Assembly (NCBI RefSeq): GCF_009834535.1
Contig: NC_045697.1
Span: 45,944,001-46,008,000, forward strand
Direction: 5' to 3'
DNA: 64,000 bases
Source: Camelus ferus
Taxonomy: Eukaryota
The notes beneath the pieces were generated by a model that did not search any database, was not told the origin of the DNA, and was given only the letters and a program-made list of their open reading frames with translations. Position 1 is the first letter of the stretch. Each line of letters starts with the position of its first letter. Position numbers and translations under genes: made by a program. This document shows, in pieces, positions 49,930-63,432 of this stretch.

Positions 49930-52900
49930 GGAAAGGAGAAAAGCTGAAAAAGAAAAAAAAAAAAAAAAAAAAGGAAAAGAAGAAAAGGGGAAAAAAAGAC
50001 CTACAGAAACAAATTCAAAGCAATTAACAAAATGGCAATAAGAACATACATATCAATAATTATCTTAAATTTAAATGAACTAAATGCTCCAATCAAAAGA
50101 CACACTCTGACTAAATGGATAAAGAACAAGACTCATATATTTTCTGCCTAAAAGAGATTCACTTCAGATCTAGAGGCACATACAGCCTGAAAGTGAGGGG
50201 ATGGAAAAAGGTATTCCATGCAAATGGAAATCAAAAGAGAGCCAGAGTAGTATTATTTATATTAGACAAAATAGACTTTAAAAAAAAGACTGTCACAAAG
50301 AAAGACACTACATAATGATCAAAGGATCAATCCAAGAAGAAGATATAAAAATTGTTAATATACATGCATTCAACATAGGAGCACCTCAATATAGAAGGCA
50401 AATGTTAATAGACATGAAAGGAGAAATCAACAGTAACACAACAAGAGTGGGGGAATTTAACACCCCAGTTACATCAATGGACAGATTATCTAGACAGAAA
50501 ATCAATAAGGAAACACAGGCCTTAAATGACAGAGTAGATCAAATGGACTTAACTGATACTTATAGAGCACTCAATGTGGAAGCAGCAGAATACACATTCT
50601 TCTCAAGTGCACATGGAACATTCTCCAGAATAGATCACATGCTTGGTCAGAAATCCAGTCTCAGTAAATTTAAGAAAACTGAAATCATATAGAACAGCTT
50701 TTCCAACCACAACACTATGAGATTAAAAATCAACTACAAAAAAAAAAAAATTAAAAAAAAACACAAACATGTAGAGTCTAAACAATATACTACTAAACAA
50801 CCAATAGATTACTGAAGAAATCAAAGAGGAAATCAAACAATACTTAGAGACAAATGAAAATGAAAACACGATGATCCAAAACCTCTGGGACACAGCAAAA
50901 GCAGTTCTAAGAGGGAAGTTTATAGCCATACAAGCTTAACTCAGGAAACAAGAACAATCTCAAATGAACAACCTAACCTTATACCTAAAGCAACGAGAGA
51001 ACGAAGACCAATCAAAACCCAAAGTTAGTCAAAGGAAAGATATCATAAAGCTTAGAGCAGAAATAAATGAAATAGAGAACAAAAAAAAAAGAGAGAGAGA
51101 GAGAAATCAATGAAACTACAAGTTGGTTCTTTGAAAACATAAACGAATTTGATAAAACTTTAGCCAGACTCATCAAGGAAAAAAAAAAAAAAAGGAGAGG
51201 GCCCAAATGAGTAAAATCAGAAATGAAAAAGGGAGCAAGTTACAAGTTACAACTGACACCACAGAAATACAGATGATCATAAGAGGCTACTACAAGCAAC
51301 TATGGGCCAACAAAATGGACAATGTAGACAAAATGGACAAATTCTTAGGAAGGTACTATCTCCCATGACTGCACCAGTAAGGAATAGAAAATGTCAACAG
51401 ACCAATTACCAGTAATGAAATTGAATCAGTAATTTAAAACTTCAAACAAAATTCCAGTATCCCATAGCTTCACAGCTGAATATTATCAAACATTTAGAGA
51501 AGAGTTAACGCCTATCTGAAACTATTCCAAAAAACTGCAGAGGACGGAACACTTCTGAACTCATTCTATGAGGCCAGCATCACCCTGATACCCAAATCAG
51601 ACAAAGATATTACAAAAAAAGAAAATTATAGGCCAGCATCACTGATGAACATAGACTCAAAATCCTCAACAAAATACTACCAAATCCACTTCAACAATAC
51701 ATTAAAAAGATCATACACCATGATCAAGTGGGATTTATCCCAAGGATGCAAGGATTTTTCAATACCCACATTTCAGTGTGATACACCACATTCACAAACT
51801 GAAGAATAAGAGTCACATGATCATTTCAATAGATGCAGAAAAGGTTTTTGATAAAATTTAACATCCATTTATGATACAAACTCTTCCAGAAAGTGGGAAC
51901 AGAGGGAACATACCTCAACATAATAAAGGCCAATATGACAAATCCACAGCTCCCACCAGACTCAATGGTGAAAAGCTGAAAGCTCTTCCTCTAAGATCAG
52001 GAACAAGATAAGGATGCCCAGTCTCACTGATTTTATTCAACATAGTTTTGGGAGTCCTATCCTCAACAATCAGAGAAGAAAAAGAAATAAATGAAATCCA
52101 AATTGGAAAAGAAGAAGTAAAGCTGTCACTGTTTGTAGATGATATAATACTATACATAGAAAATGCTAAAGACATTACCAAAAAACTACTAGAGTTCATC
52201 AATGAAATTGGTAAAGTTGCAGGATACAAATCAATATTCAGAATGCATTTCTATATGCTAACAATGAAAATTCCGAAAAAGGAATTAAGGAAACAATCCT
52301 ATCTACCATTGCAACAAAAAGAATAAAACACCTAGAAATAAACCTACCTATGAAGGCAAAAGACCTGTACTCCAAAACCTATAAGATGCTGATAAAAGAA
52401 ATTGAAGATGACACAAATAGATGGAGAGATAGACTGTGTTCATGGATTGGAAGTATCAATATGTTTATCATGGCCATACTACCCAGGACAATCAATGGCT
52501 TCAATGAAACTTCCATCAAATTACCAATGACATTTTTCAGACCTAGAATAAAACATTTTAAAATTTGTACAGAAACACAAAAGACCCTGAATAGTCAAAA
52601 CAATCTTGTAAAAGAAGAATGAGCTGAAAGAATCATGCTCCATGACTTTAGACTATACTACAAAGCTACAGCAATCAAAACAGTATAGTATTGGCACAAA
52701 AACAAACACATAGATCAATGGAACAGGACAGAAAGCCCAGAAATACACCCACGCACTTAAGGTCAATTAATCTATAACAAAGCGTACAATAATGTATACA
52801 ATGCAAAAAAGACAGTCTCTTCTTCAATAAGTGATGCTGGAAAAACTGGACAGCTTCATGTAAAAGAATGAAACTAGAACATTCCCTAATACCGTACACA

Positions 52901-54225
52901 AAAATAAACTTAAAATGGCTTAAAGACCTATATGTAGGACATGATACTCTAAAACTCTCAGAACAAAACACAGGCAGAACACTTTTTGACATAAATTCCA
53001 GCAATATTTTTTTGGATCTATCTCTTAGAGTAATGGAAATAAAAGCAAAAATAAACAAACCAGACTTAAACTTAAAACTTTTTGCACAGCAAAGAAAATC
53101 GTAAACAAAATGAAAAGACACCCTACAGAATAGGAGAAAATATTTGCAAACAATGTGACCAACAAAGGATTAATTTCCAAAATCTACAAACAGCTCATGT
53201 AGCTTAATATCAGAAAAACAAGCAATTCAATCAAAAAATGGGCAGAAGACCTAAATAGAAGACGTACAGATGGCCAATAGGCACATGAAAAGATGCTCAA
53301 TATCACAAATCATTAGAGAAATGCAAATCAAAACTACAATGAGATATCACCTCACTCCATTCAGAATGGCCATCACTAAAAAGTCTACAAATAATAAATG
53401 CTGGAGAAAGTATGGAGAAAAAAGAACTCTCCTGCACTGTTGGTGGGAATGCAGTTTGGTGCAGCTACTATGGCAGTATGGCAGTTCCTTTGAAAACTAA
53501 AAATAGAGTTACCCTCTGATCCAGCAATCCCACTCCTAGGTATATATCCCAAGGAAACCCTAATTCAAAAAGATACACACATCCCATTGTTGACAGAAGC
53601 TCTATTTACAATAGCTAAGCAACCTAAATGTCCATGGACAGATGAATGGATAAAGAAGATGTGGCAGATATATACAGGGATATATTACTCAGCTATAAAA
53701 AAGAGTGAAATAATGCCATTTGCAGCAACATGGATGGACCTAAAGATGATCATATTAAGTGAAATAAGTCAGACAGAGAAAGACAAATATCATATATCAT
53801 TTAAATGTGGAATCTAAAAAAAAAAAAAAAAAGACACAAATAAACTTATTTACAAACCAGAAATAGACTTAAAGAAACAGAAAACAAACTTATGATTACC
53901 AAAGGGGAAAGGAGAGGAAAGGGATAAATTAGGTGTTTGAGATTAACATCTACTAACTACTATAGTATGAAATAGATAAACAGCACAGACCTACTGTGTA
54001 GCACAGGGAACTCTATTCAGTGTCTTATAATCACCTATAATGAAAAAGAACCTGAAAAAGTATATATATATACAAATAGATAGATAGATAGATACATGTG
54101 TAACTGAATCACTTTGCTGTACATCTGAAACTAACACATTGTAAATCAACTATACCTCAATAAAAAAGATGATAAAAATAAATGTATAAAATACTAAAAA
54201 TACATAAATAATAAATAATAAAAAT
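49930..54225 (+). mobile_element. 5'-truncated L1, ~4.3 kb (artiodactyl/Laurasiatherian type)
   Basis: Continuous ORF2 homology, then a 3'UTR containing (TAGA)n, CAATAAAAAA and an A-rich tail. Confidence 0.95.
50032..53817 (+). pseudogene. Inactivated L1 ORF2 (APE endonuclease, reverse transcriptase, C-terminal domain)
   Basis: ATG at 50032. Fragments CLKEIHF...GWKKVFHANG and YTFFSSAHGTFSRIDHMLG (EN), [15 protein letters not shown] (RT, FADD changed to FVDD), [15 protein letters not shown] and IMPFAATWMDL. Many stops and frameshifts. Confidence 0.95.
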
Positions 54226-54970
54226 CAAGAATTTTTCAACACAATTTCTAATTATTGTACAGAAAATAAAACTGTTCTAAATTAAATTTTCTTAAAATTA
54301 TTTTATAATTTCAAATAAAATATAAAAATTGGGTATCCTCTTTTTAACTCGCTCGCAGTGTGAAGGTTACTCTAAGGGCAAATGAAATAATTAGTATTTA
54401 TGAAATTTTTATATTATATTGAATTTGTATATTTATATTATAACAAATCTTATATTTAAGATTTTAGTAAAAAGTAATGTACATTTAGCATGACATTGTG
54501 ACATGTAACTATTTGCTTAAAACTGGAATGTTTTTCAAGTAATTTAAATCAATGACAAATAAATGAACTATTTCTTTATAACCATCAAAGTTATTTGTGC
54601 TTTTATATGAAGAACAAAATAATTCATTTGTAGTTTTGAGAAACTGAGAAAAGCAGAACTTAAAGTAGTCCTTTGATTGAAGTAAAGCATTCCTCTCATT
54701 TTTCCACAAATTTTTCTCTTTTCTATTCTTTCATTCCTGGAAGCAGTATTTAGCTATCACCTAGGATCAATTTTAGCAATATATTGCTACAGACTATTAA
54801 GATACATTATTTAGAAGGCTGTCCACAAGTTAATGACTTGTCTGCATACATATACAAAATGTTTATTTTAATCACTCAGGTATATGACACATCCAGATTG
54901 TTTCCACAAAATAATATCTTAGGTGAAATCACACATCTTTAGCTTTTTATACTTTTTTTTCCCTCTGCAG

Positions 54971-55017
54971 TTCTGCATATTTGGGAACTAACAGATGAAT
55001 AGGAAAAATTAAGCACA
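54971..55017 (+). other. Candidate 47-nt non-coding exon (+ strand)
   Basis: acttttttttccctctgcag|TTCTGCATAT...AAGCACA|gtaagt gives near-consensus acceptor and donor. Stops occur in all three frames. Confidence 0.35.
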
Positions 55018-55846
55018 GTAAGTGCAGGAAAACAACTGCTCAGTGCCTGCCATGCCTCACTAAGAACAGATTTTTTTTTTTAATTCCTTGATGAAAGCAA
55101 AATTTTTGCCCACTTTGAGAGCAAAGTCATTTAGTGCTCTGTCAAGCATATAATGTGAGTAAAAAAAAGCTGAGAAATATTTTTTATTAAAAAGCACTTA
55201 TTACAAATCATAAACATTGGTGAAAATATTCTGGGAAAGATGGCAAGCTAGGCATATTTAGTCCCCTCCATCCAACTCCAGATTCCCATTAACATGAACA
55301 AAAGTATATAGAAAAATAACGTGTGCACTGTATAAGAACAGGGAACTTTCTGCCAAAAACTATTAAGACTTTCTTTTACAGCACAGATGAAATAAACAAA
55401 AGAAAAAACTAAGCGCTCATTACCAATATTTTATCATCATAAAATATTTTCCATTTTTATTTGCTTTTAGATTTTCCTATCTGTAAGTGAGATTAGATGT
55501 TCCTTCCTTTATTCAACAAATATTTATTATGTTTTCATGAATGAGCTACCGTTATAGGCCTTGATATTCAGAGAATGTTCCTATCCACTAAAGGAGGGTT
55601 ACCCAGAGGCCTGATGGCAGGCAGCAGCTGGGACTCTCACTACAGGATCAAGCCACCCACAAAACAGAACTTTTGCAGCCACATGTCAATGGCATTCAAG
55701 GCTGCTGAGCTGCCAGCAGCAGAATTCAAACTGTAAGGTTAATGGGCACTGATGCAGTGGCTTCTCCAAGCCTATTAAGAACAATGAAGGAGGAGGAGGA
55801 GGAAGGGAGGGGAGGTGGAAAGTGGGAAGGAAGAGGAAGACAGGCT

Positions 55847-55862
55847 GGGTGGGAGGGAGGGG
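55847..55862 (+). other. Canonical G-quadruplex motif within a ~100-bp purine-rich tract (55785-55890)
   Basis: GGG T GGG A GGG A GGGG. Confidence 0.7.
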
Positions 55863-55939
55863 AAATGGTGAGGCAAGAAGGAGAGAGGGAAACCCTGCAG
55901 AGATGTGGTTCCTCTGCTGCTGGAGCTCCACATTCCACT

Positions 55940-56890
55940 GAGGACTTACCACGTGCCAGATACCATTCCACCTACAGAACAAAACAGATGAAAATTCCTG
56001 CCCACAGAGCTCACACTCTGGTGGGAGAGGAGCTATCAATCAGTACAAAGGAAATAAAATATACAGCATGTTAGACAGGGATAAACACAAAACAGAAAAA
56101 CTTAGCAATCAACATAAATAAGGAAGAGACAACAGCTATAGGGGAAAAGGGGTGTATAATTTTTAAACAGATTGGTCAGGGAAAGTCTCACTGAGACGAG
56201 TTCAAGAACAAACCCGTGAAGGATGGGAGGGAGTGTGCCAGGAGCAAATCTGAGAGAGGAGATTCCCAGCAAAAGGCCTTAAAGCTGAACCACATCTGAT
56301 GTACAGGAGGAACTGCAAGAAGGCTAGAATGGCTAGAGATAGAGAAACGAGGGGTAATGAGGTCAAAAAGACAATGGATTAGAGATGTGTTAGAAGAAAC
56401 AGAGAATTGAATGATAACTCTGAGATTTTTGGCTGGGGTAACCATTTACAAAAATGGAAAAGCCTGCATGACAAACTAATTTGAAAGGGACAATCAGGAA
56501 GTTTATGTGTATCAGATATTCAAGAAGATATATGGAGAAAACAATTCCATAAGGAATCTGGAGATCAGTGGAGAAGTCTAAGTTGGAGGCTAATTAGTAG
56601 GCAGTTGTCAGAGCAGAGAGTGTATTTAAAGCTATGAAAATAAATACAATCATCAAGGATGCAAAGAAGACAAGCAGGAGAAGTTCAAGGACAGCCCTGG
56701 AGCACTTCAATATTAAAAACTTGAGAAGATAAGGAAGAACCAGTAAAAGAAATAAATGAACAGTCAGAAAAGAAAACCTAGGAAAATCCAAAGCCAAGTG
56801 AAGAAAGTATTGCAAAATAGAGAAAAAGATCCGCCGTTGTGAATACTGCTGTACATCAAAGAAGATGAGAACTGAAACTGGCCATTGAAT
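55940..56890 (-). mobile_element. L2a LINE fragment
   Basis: CTTACCACGTGCCAGA...GAACAAAACAGA...GGTCAGGGAAAGTCTCACTGAG...GATGAGAACTGAAACTGGCCATTGAATTT. Confidence 0.75.
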
Positions 56891-57210
56891 TTGTTTGTTT
56901 TGCTTATTGTCTTCTTATGCTAGAGAAGACAATATTCCTGCAAAATATCACATAGCAGGAATTGTTTTCTATCTTAGTCATGAATAAATTATGAGAGACT
57001 AGAACAATGCCTGGTACATAATTCATGTTCAATAAATACATATTAATAAATGAATCTCAGCTTTTAATATAAATATAAAAATATAAAATAAAATAAAAAT
57101 GTTTTATGATGGTGAAATGTTCGTAAATATTGTTAGATTAGAAAAGTAGAACTTTGCTATAAGCCTCAGGTTCTAGATCGTGCCAATTTATATAAAAAAT
57201 TCAGAGAGTT

Positions 57211-57795
57211 TGAAGGATTAATAAAATGGCTGCACTTAGGCTAACAGATTGCTTATTCTTATGCTTGCCCTTAAAACGGTCAACTGACCTGACTGACCTG
57301 GTTGCTACTCACAGTTCCAGGCCCATTGTTAAAACTAAAGCTATTGATCTTACTATTTCTACTTTATTCTAATAATTGAAAGTAATAATCAAGCTTGGTC
57401 TGGGAGTCCTTCTCCAAGGAGAAGATCACAGGACTGTAACATTACAAAATAGCTGGAATTACCAAGACCACACCTTGAGTGCTTACAAGATAAAGAGATC
57501 TAACTGCTGGCCTCAATAGAATTGGTCGCCTGGAGGCATCATGTCAACATTCTAAGGCTTCTGATCAGAAAATGATTCTGTTGCTAATTATCAATGCTTT
57601 ATTGTTTGAACTATGGCTATATAACCACCCCACCCCATCCCCAAGGTGGGTTCACAGTTTTGAAGGCACTAGCCTGCTGTGAGTCCCCTTTGTCCTGCAA
57701 AGCAATAAAATTGCCTCTTTTCTTCTAAGCTCCAAGACCATGTCTCTGGGTTATTTGGCTCATCAGGGACGGGGGGGGGGGATCTTTGGGCAACA
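57211..57795 (+). mobile_element. ERV1-type solo LTR
   Basis: TGAAGG...GGCAACA ends, TATATAA near 57617, AATAAA near 57704, near-TSD AGTT/AGCT. Confidence 0.85.
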
Positions 57796-58044
57796 AGCTA
57801 GCAGTATATAGAAAAGAAAACTTGGAAATAAAACAAAAATTTTCATCCCTAATTTTTTGCTTTACATCCAGATTACCTATTTTACCTAATCTTTGTATAT
57901 TTACAAACATGGCCGTTTTGCAATGACATATTATAAATTACAACTCTTAATCCCAACTCAACTTCTTTCAAAAAGCAGTATTTAATTCTATTGAAAGACA
58001 CTAAAGAACTCTACCAGAATCAAATTAGTATCCAACATTTCGTA

Positions 58045-58610
58045 GACTGCTGGACAGTGAGCAGGACCCTGTGGGGCCCCATCAGATACAAAAACCTTTT
58101 TGTGTCCCCACTTTCTTTTTGTAGGAAAAAGGCTTCAGCCTCCTAAACCTTCCCTGAGTTCCAAAGGGCAGATTCAAACAGTTACTATTCAGGAGAGTAA
58201 AGGAATGTAGGAACAAAGGAAAAGCTGTTCAATCAATAGTGCATCAATAAAGTGCAAAGTCCTCCTCAAGGGATCTACATAACAATATACCTTTGAGTTC
58301 TTCTGTAGGAAGTAAGGCCCCCGCCGAGGTGGAAGATGATAACTTCAGGCTGAGTGCAAGATTCCTGGAACACCTCCCTGTTACTTCACCACTAACCAAT
58401 TAGAAGAAAGTCATACATCCTGCAGCCCTCACCCCAAATTCTGCCATTAAAAACTCCTGAAAATCACCAAGGAGTTTGGGTTTTTTGAGTACAAGCTGCC
58501 CATTCTCCTTGCTTGGCCCTCACAATAAAGCTTTCTCTGCTCCAAAATTTGATATCTCGCTTTGTTTGGCCTCACTGTGTGTCAGGCACACAAACTTGGA
58601 TTCAGCAACA
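58045..58610 (+). mobile_element. ERV1-type solo LTR (artiodactyl-like family)
   Basis: GTGAGCAGGACCCTGTGGGGC...CCTTCCCTGAGTTCCAAAGGGCAGATTCAAACAG, CCAAT, AATAAA near 58524, ends TTCAGCAACA. Confidence 0.85.
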
Positions 58611-61129
58611 TGCTCACACTTAATCTTAAAATCAAATTTTAGACTCATGCTATAATAGCCAATCTGAGTCTATAGTCTCTGAATTTGGTATAATACTTCC
58701 ATAAGGCAGAGTTTATAGTTCAAAATGACATAAAACTTCAGCACAGTAGCCACCAAAATAAATTAACAAATAAAGAATATTGATGACATAATAAGAGTGC
58801 AACAGTAACATGTCATCAAATGAAGTTAAAGCAGAAACATTTCTAGGACGTTCCTACTCAGATTTTATACTGAAATATACAGATTAGATACTTGTATAAC
58901 TATAGCTTACCAACAATTGTCTAAGATATTTCATATTCTCAAAGATACAAATTCAACATATATCTTCTCATTAGTTTTTAGGCAAAAGAATACTTGGGTC
59001 TTTCAATTAAATGTGCCCTATTGTTTGAACAAGGCTAATGGAGAGTCTTCTTATTCAGATAAATAATTCTAGAGCAATTAGTCCCAGCTGATGACTGACT
59101 TTATAACATTAGTTGAATATTGGGTGGGATGCATGGAAACCTACTAGAATTTTCCTAGGCAATTTGCCAGAGAGAATTCTTGTCAAGAAAAACAGTCCTG
59201 TGATTTCAGCTTTGAACTCTGAACTGTACATTGTGTGAACATGTCAAATACCCATCCCACAAATAACCTCATGCTCTTTCTGAAAATACTGCCAAATGCA
59301 ATGAATCTGATTTAGTGGAAAAAAACATTTAAGGCCAAGAAAAATACACACATTGTGTATAGAGTGTCAATAATTTTGGAAATATTAGTTTACCTCTTTT
59401 CATGATTTCACTTTAAAAGAATGCAGTGTTGTTTCTACTGAAATATTTTTACCATAATTAGTTCATTTTTCTCCCAAGGAAACATTTTCTTCATAAGTTA
59501 CTACATTTGTATATTATTTTCTTTGAGTAATTAATTCAGCTTTTTAAAAAATGATGCTACTAAGGTCAAGGTTTCAGATTTTGCACCCCCAGCCATTCCT
59601 TATTCCCATGCAGATCACTTAAATTGTTAACATTACACCCTGGGACCTAAATCCTGCCCATGTCACTTTATAGAATACAGATAAAAAACAGTCACTGCCT
59701 GTTTTCAATGTAGAATAGATTTTAGACTTTTCCTAACAAGATGTTGGATGGATAGGAATAGTAGAAGAATTAAAGTAGAAATTTTGTAGAATTAAGAATC
59801 AAACTAGAAATAAAAAGACAGTCATTTACGGTAAGCACTGTAATTCAGAACCAAGGAACGGCATCCGAGTAGGGGTCTGAAATAATGAAACATGAGTAAG
59901 TTGGGCAGCTCAACAAACTCTGCTAAAAAAGCAACCCCCTTCAGTTTTTGAGGGTTCTTTTTGGGGGTGCAGCTTTTGCAATGGCTTGCTGTCGAGCATA
60001 TTAAACGTGCTAATTTTTCTGAGAAATGTAAAGTTCAAATAAAGAGCTATCCCTTAAGATCAACTGATGATTCTTCTTTCTATTTCATAGTATTTAATAT
60101 ATGGTAAACAGTAGCTATTTAATAACCATTTGTGAATAAATGCAAGTAGACCAAAAAAACACATCAGGAAGCTGAGGCAATTAATGAACAATAATGTTTG
60201 AATCTGCTACTTAAAATTTTTAAAAAAGAGTATGACTTCCCTTGCTCTTTTATACAAATTCTAAGCTTCATGCCTAGTTGAAATAAAAACAAAATGCCCT
60301 AAATGCCTTCACCAATATATTATAATGTATCTCTCCATCTTGTTTAGAAACCTAAGTTGTTTTCTAATGCAGTACCTTGATTTGGAAAAGGAAAAACTAC
60401 AGTAATGGTGGCAACTACCTCCTAGAGAAAAGTAGGTCTTAATCCTATTAGGGTCGCATAACTCTTTAAAGATCCAATTTTAAAACAATAAGCTCTTCCT
60501 ACAGAACTGTGCACATCTTACACAAAAGGCCATATCCAATTTTGGGACTTTTCATGCCAATCACTGAAAAAGCCCACAGGAAGCCAGTTAAAGAAACTTC
60601 CTATAGAGGAGATGAAGAATAAATTTACAGATTTATTATTACTTTAAAAGTAAAATAAATTATTTTTAATTTCTATTTCCCAAGCTAAAATTGGTTTTAA
60701 TAGGTATAAATAGACTAAAACTTATTAATTGGTGATATGCAAAGTAAAATAAAATAATATATACTTAAGAGGAATTATGTAGTTAAATAAGCTTGCATTT
60801 AATTATTCCAAATTTCTTACAGTTTGTAACCCAAACAAAATGAGAAAAAAACTTAATGGAAATAAAATGACAAGTACTAAATTACTGCCATACTGCCCTG
60901 CTCCCCTACTGAACTTGACCCTATTCCCATACCCTAGCCCTACTGCGGATGGTGACTATTTTAAAGTTCCTGAGCTCAGCTGAGTGGCATTGATATTACC
61001 TGTCTAAAGCATCTCTGATTCAAGTGGGGCAATTGAGTGGAAGTTAGTCTAGAATGAAGCAAGAAAGAGGTAAATGAACTATTAGGCTCATTTGATGATA
61101 ATGATGGTTAAAACAAAAATTATAACACT

Positions 61130-63432
61130 GATTAAATATAGGTAGAGAAGATACTTAAAACACTTATGTTACAAACAAAGGGGAATAAAACAGTTAAAAG
61201 GTAGGTAAGTCTTCCATATTTCACTCAAACTAGAAAAATGACAACACCAGCAGATTGTGATAAATTATGTATATATAATTAATATCTAAAGCAACCACTA
61301 AAAAAGCTATGCAAAAAGACAACACTCAAAAACAATATAAGTAAATCAAAATCAAATTCTAAAAAGGTTCAAGAAATGCACATGAAGGCAGGAAAAAGGA
61401 AACAAGAAATAAAAAACAAAAAGAAAACAAAAAATAAAATGGCAGACTTAAACCCTAACATATAAATACATAAATTATATGTAAATGGCCTAATATATTA
61501 ATTAAAAGACAAAGATTGGCAGAGTGAATTAAACATCATGGACTAACTGTATGCTGTCTAAAGAAACTCACTTCAAATTTAACAATATAGGTCAGCTGCA
61601 AATAAAAGGAAAAAAAGATATATTGTGCAAACATTAATCAAAAAAATTGGCATGATTATATTGATATCACATAAAATAGACTTTAAAACAAAGAAACAGA
61701 GAGATATTTTCTAGTGATAAAGGGTAAATCAACTGAGAAGAACCAACACACTTCTAAATAATAAATGAATAAAAATGAAAGGTTCAAGAGAAATTAAAAA
61801 ATACACTGAACTGAATGAAAATGAAAATATTTCATCAACTTGTGGGAAACTGCTAACTTAGTGTTGAGGGAAAAAAATTATAGTCTGACCTAAATGCAGC
61901 AGAAAAGAGGAAAATTCTCAAATCAATAATTTAAGCTCCCACCTCAACAACCTAGAAAAAGAAGAGATAACCCTGAGCAAGCAGAGAGATGAAGAAGAGC
62001 AGAAATCAGTGAAATTGGAACATCACAGAGAAGCCAGAATGGGCTCACACAAAGATACCCAACTGATTTTTTATGGACGTGCAAAAGCAATTCAATGTAA
62101 AAACCAATCAATCAATCAATCAATCAATCACCTTTTCAATAAACAATGCTGCACAATTAAACATCCATAAATCAAAAATAAAACTCAACCTAAGTCTCAC
62201 TCTTTATACAAAAATTAGCTCAAAATGGATCACAGATTAAAACATAAAATAAAAAACTATAAAACTTTCATGGGAACAAAAAACAGAAGAAAATCTTGAA
62301 GATCTAGGATTAGGCAAAATGTTCTTAGATGATACCAAAGGGAAAACTGATAAATTGGAACTTATCAAAATTTAAAACTTTTGTTCTGCGAAAGACCATG
62401 TGATAGATGTGAAAAAACAAGATACAGTCCAGAAGAAAACATTCACAAGCCTCATCTCTGCCAAAGGACTAATTTCTAAAACATATAAAGAACTATCAAA
62501 ACTCAACAGTTTAAAAAAAAAAATCCAATTTGAAAAGTAGGCAAAGACATGAAGAGACATGTCAATGAAAAAGATATGCAGATAGCAAATAAGTACATGA
62601 AAAGATGTCCAGCATCATTAGCCAGTAGAAATGCCTTAAGACCACAATGAGACATCATTATACACCTGCAAGAATGGCTAAGATAGAAACTAGTAACACC
62701 ATCACATGCTGGCAAGGATGCAGAGACTGGATCACTCATATTTTGCTGTTGGGAATGTAAAATAATACAGTCACTTTAAAATGTTTGGCACTTTTTTTTT
62801 TTTCTTAAAAAACTGAAATGTGACTACCATGTTACCCAGCAATTGCACTCCTCCTGGGCATTTACCCCAGAGAAATAAAAAATTACATTTACCAATAAAA
62901 CTGTACAGTCATGTTTATAACAGCCTTATTCATAACAGCCAAAACAACCCAGATATCCTTCAATGGGTGAATGATTAAACAAACTGTGGTACATCCATAC
63001 CATGGATAACTACCAAGCAATAAAAAGGAATGAACATTTGATCCACACAATGACCTCAATGAAGCTCCAGAGAATTACGCTAAGTGAAAAAAAGCCAATC
63101 CCAAAGATTACATATTATATTATTTCATTTATATAACATTCTTTAAATGACAAAATTATAGAAATAAACACACTAGTGGTTGTCAAGGGTTACAAGGAAG
63201 GAGTAGTGTTGGGTGGGAGTGGCTATGGCTATAAATGGGCATCAGGTGGGATCCCTGTAGGGCTGGAAATGTTCTGTATCTTGACTGCATCAATGACAAT
63301 ATCATGGCTTTGGTGTATTATAGTCTTGTAAAATGTTACCATTGAGGGAGAATAGCTAAAGGATACATGAGATCTCTATTATTTCTTACAAATGAACTGA
63401 CGAATATGTCAAAATAAAAATTTTAATTCAAG
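61130..63432 (+). mobile_element. L1MC-like element with multiple internal deletions; (TCAA)n at ~62105-62130
   Basis: ORF2 start region near 61439, ORF2 C-terminal remnants (CAAAATGGATCACAG, CCCAGCAATTGCACTCC) and an L1MC1-like 3'UTR (GGAAATGTTCTGTATCTTGACTG...TGTTACCATTG...CAAAATAAAAATTTTAATT). Confidence 0.85.

Noticed and set aside
50032..53817. Reverse transcriptase/endonuclease as a novel system
   Set aside because: Ordinary L1 ORF2, broken by many stops and frameshifts, with the catalytic motif changed to FVDD.
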